64,000 nucleotides of DNA from Brevibacterium luteolum (GTDB lineage Bacteria > Actinomycetota > Actinomycetes > Actinomycetales > Brevibacteriaceae): contig NZ_JABEMC010000001.1 in the NCBI RefSeq assembly GCF_013004595.1, positions 372,001 to 436,000 on the forward strand, in the 5' to 3' direction. The position numbers and the translations under genes were made by a program. The notes under the pieces were generated by a model, which was not told the origin of the DNA, made no database searches, and was given only the letters and a program-made list of their open reading frames with translations. Shown here piece after piece: positions 62,852-64,000 of the stretch; position 1 is the stretch's first letter; the number at the start of each line of letters is the position of its first letter.

Positions 62852-63643
62852 TCAGAAGGCGCGCTGGAGCAGCGCCTGCTTGACCTCGGCGATCGCCTTG
62901 GTCACCTCGATGCCGCGCGGGCAGGCTTCGGTGCAGTTGAAGGTGGTGCGGCAGCGCCACACGCCCTCCTTGTCATTGAGCACCTCCAGGCGCATGTCGC
63001 CGCCCTCATCGCGGGAGTCGAAGATGAAGCGGTGGGCGTTGACGATCGAGGCCGGACCGAAGTACTGACCGTCGGTCCAGAACACCGGGCACGAGGTGGT
63101 GCACGATGCACACAGGATGCACTTGGTGGTGTCGTCGAAGCGCTCACGATCCTCGATCGACTGCAGGCGCTCACGCGTCGGCTCGTGACCGGAGGTGATG
63201 AGGAAGGGCATGATCTCACGGTACGACTGGAAGAACGGCTCCATGTCAACGATGAGGTCCTTCTCCAGCGGCAGGCCCTTGATCGCCTCGACGGTGATCG
63301 TCTTGTTCGTATCGAGGTCCTTCAGCAGGGTCTTGCAGGCCAGACGGTTGCGGCCGTTGATCCGCATCGCATCCGAACCGCACACGCCGTGTGCGCACGA
63401 GCGGCGGAACGACAGCGAACCGTCGATCTCCCACTTGATCTTGTGCAGGGCGTCGAGCACACGGTCGGTGCCGTGCATTGTGACCTTGTACTCCTCCCAG
63501 TGCGGGGCCTCGTCCTTCTCGGGGTCGAAGCGTGCGATCTGGAAGGTGCAGTCGAACGACGGGATCTCGCCGCCGCCACCGCCGAGGTGGTCGGGGAGAT
63601 CGACCTTGGATGCAGGCTCTGCAGTGTTCTGATTCTCGCTCAT
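62852..63643 (-). CDS. sdhB: Succinate dehydrogenase iron-sulfur subunit
   Basis: SCAHGVCGSD, CILCASCTTSCP, CRTTFNCTEACP. Confidence 0.97.
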   Translation of the reverse strand: MSENQNTAEPASKVDLPDHLGGGGGEIPSFDCTFQIARFDPEKDEAPHWEEYKVTMHGTDRVLDALHKIKWEIDGSLSFRRSCAHGVCGSDAMRINGRNRLACKTLLKDLDTNKTITVEAIKGLPLEKDLIVDMEPFFQSYREIMPFLITSGHEPTRERLQSIEDRERFDDTTKCILCASCTTSCPVFWTDGQYFGPASIVNAHRFIFDSRDEGGDMRLEVLNDKEGVWRCRTTFNCTEACPRGIEVTKAIAEVKQALLQRAF

Positions 63644-64000
63644 CAGTACTTACGCTCCATCGGCTGGTATCGGGTGACGACGACCGGCTTGGTCTCCAGG
63701 CGCATGCCCTTGATGCCCTCGGCCTCGCCGTCCGGGTCGAGGTAGGTCATCGTGTGGTGCATGAAGTTCTCGTCGTCACGGTCGGGGAAGTCCTCGCGGA
63801 AGTGACCGCCGCGGGATTCCTTGCGGTGGATGGCTGCCACCGTGACGACCTCGGCGATCTCGAGCAGGAAGCCCAGCTCGATCGCTTCGAGGAGGTCGAG
63901 GTTGAAGCGCTTGCCGCGGTCGTGGATGCCGACGTTGCGGTAGCGCTCGCGCAGCCGCTCGATCTCGTCGAGTGCCTCGCGCAGGGTCTCATCGGTGCGG
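63643..64000 (-). CDS. sdhA: Succinate dehydrogenase flavoprotein subunit, C-terminal part (truncated by window)
   Basis: RKESRGGHFREDFPDRDD...MERKY, stop overlapping sdhB start. Confidence 0.93.
   Translation of the reverse strand, partial: RTDETLREALDEIERLRERYRNVGIHDRGKRFNLDLLEAIELGFLLEIAEVVTVAAIHRKESRGGHFREDFPDRDDENFMHHTMTYLDPDGEAEGIKGMRLETKPVVVTRYQPMERKY

Overview
High-GC actinobacterial chromosome segment (Micrococcales-like; genus not determinable from sequence alone) covering the core transcription/translation super-cluster: rpoBC, str operon (rpsL-rpsG-fusA-tuf), S10, spc and alpha operons. These are followed by a one-carbon block (purU, glyA, folD), xth, an ABC-F ATPase, cstA, trpS, a D,D-carboxypeptidase and sdhB/partial sdhA. 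Accessory genes interrupt the conserved order at four places: after rpoC (AbiEi/DUF559-like gene, pfkA, DUF1707 protein); between tuf and rpsJ (sugar ABC importer); between map and infA (small membrane protein, PaaX-like pseudogene, PatB/MalY enzyme, sortase-anchored S33 peptidase, calpain-like protease); and after rplQ (four-gene ligase/ABM-fold/GNAT/nitroreductase operon). I saw no rRNA, tRNA, CRISPR array or IS element. The most unusual observations are: loss of all four cysteines of the second Zn site of RNAP beta-prime; a hairpin with an identical loop upstream of both rpoB and rpoA; a dispersed 15-bp repeat (CCRCCTCGGGMRCGG); a short insertion after the NKxD motif of EF-Tu; a cluster of DnaA-box-like sequences after rpoC; and the uncharacterised four-gene operon. 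All family calls come from motif recognition by eye, not from database searches.
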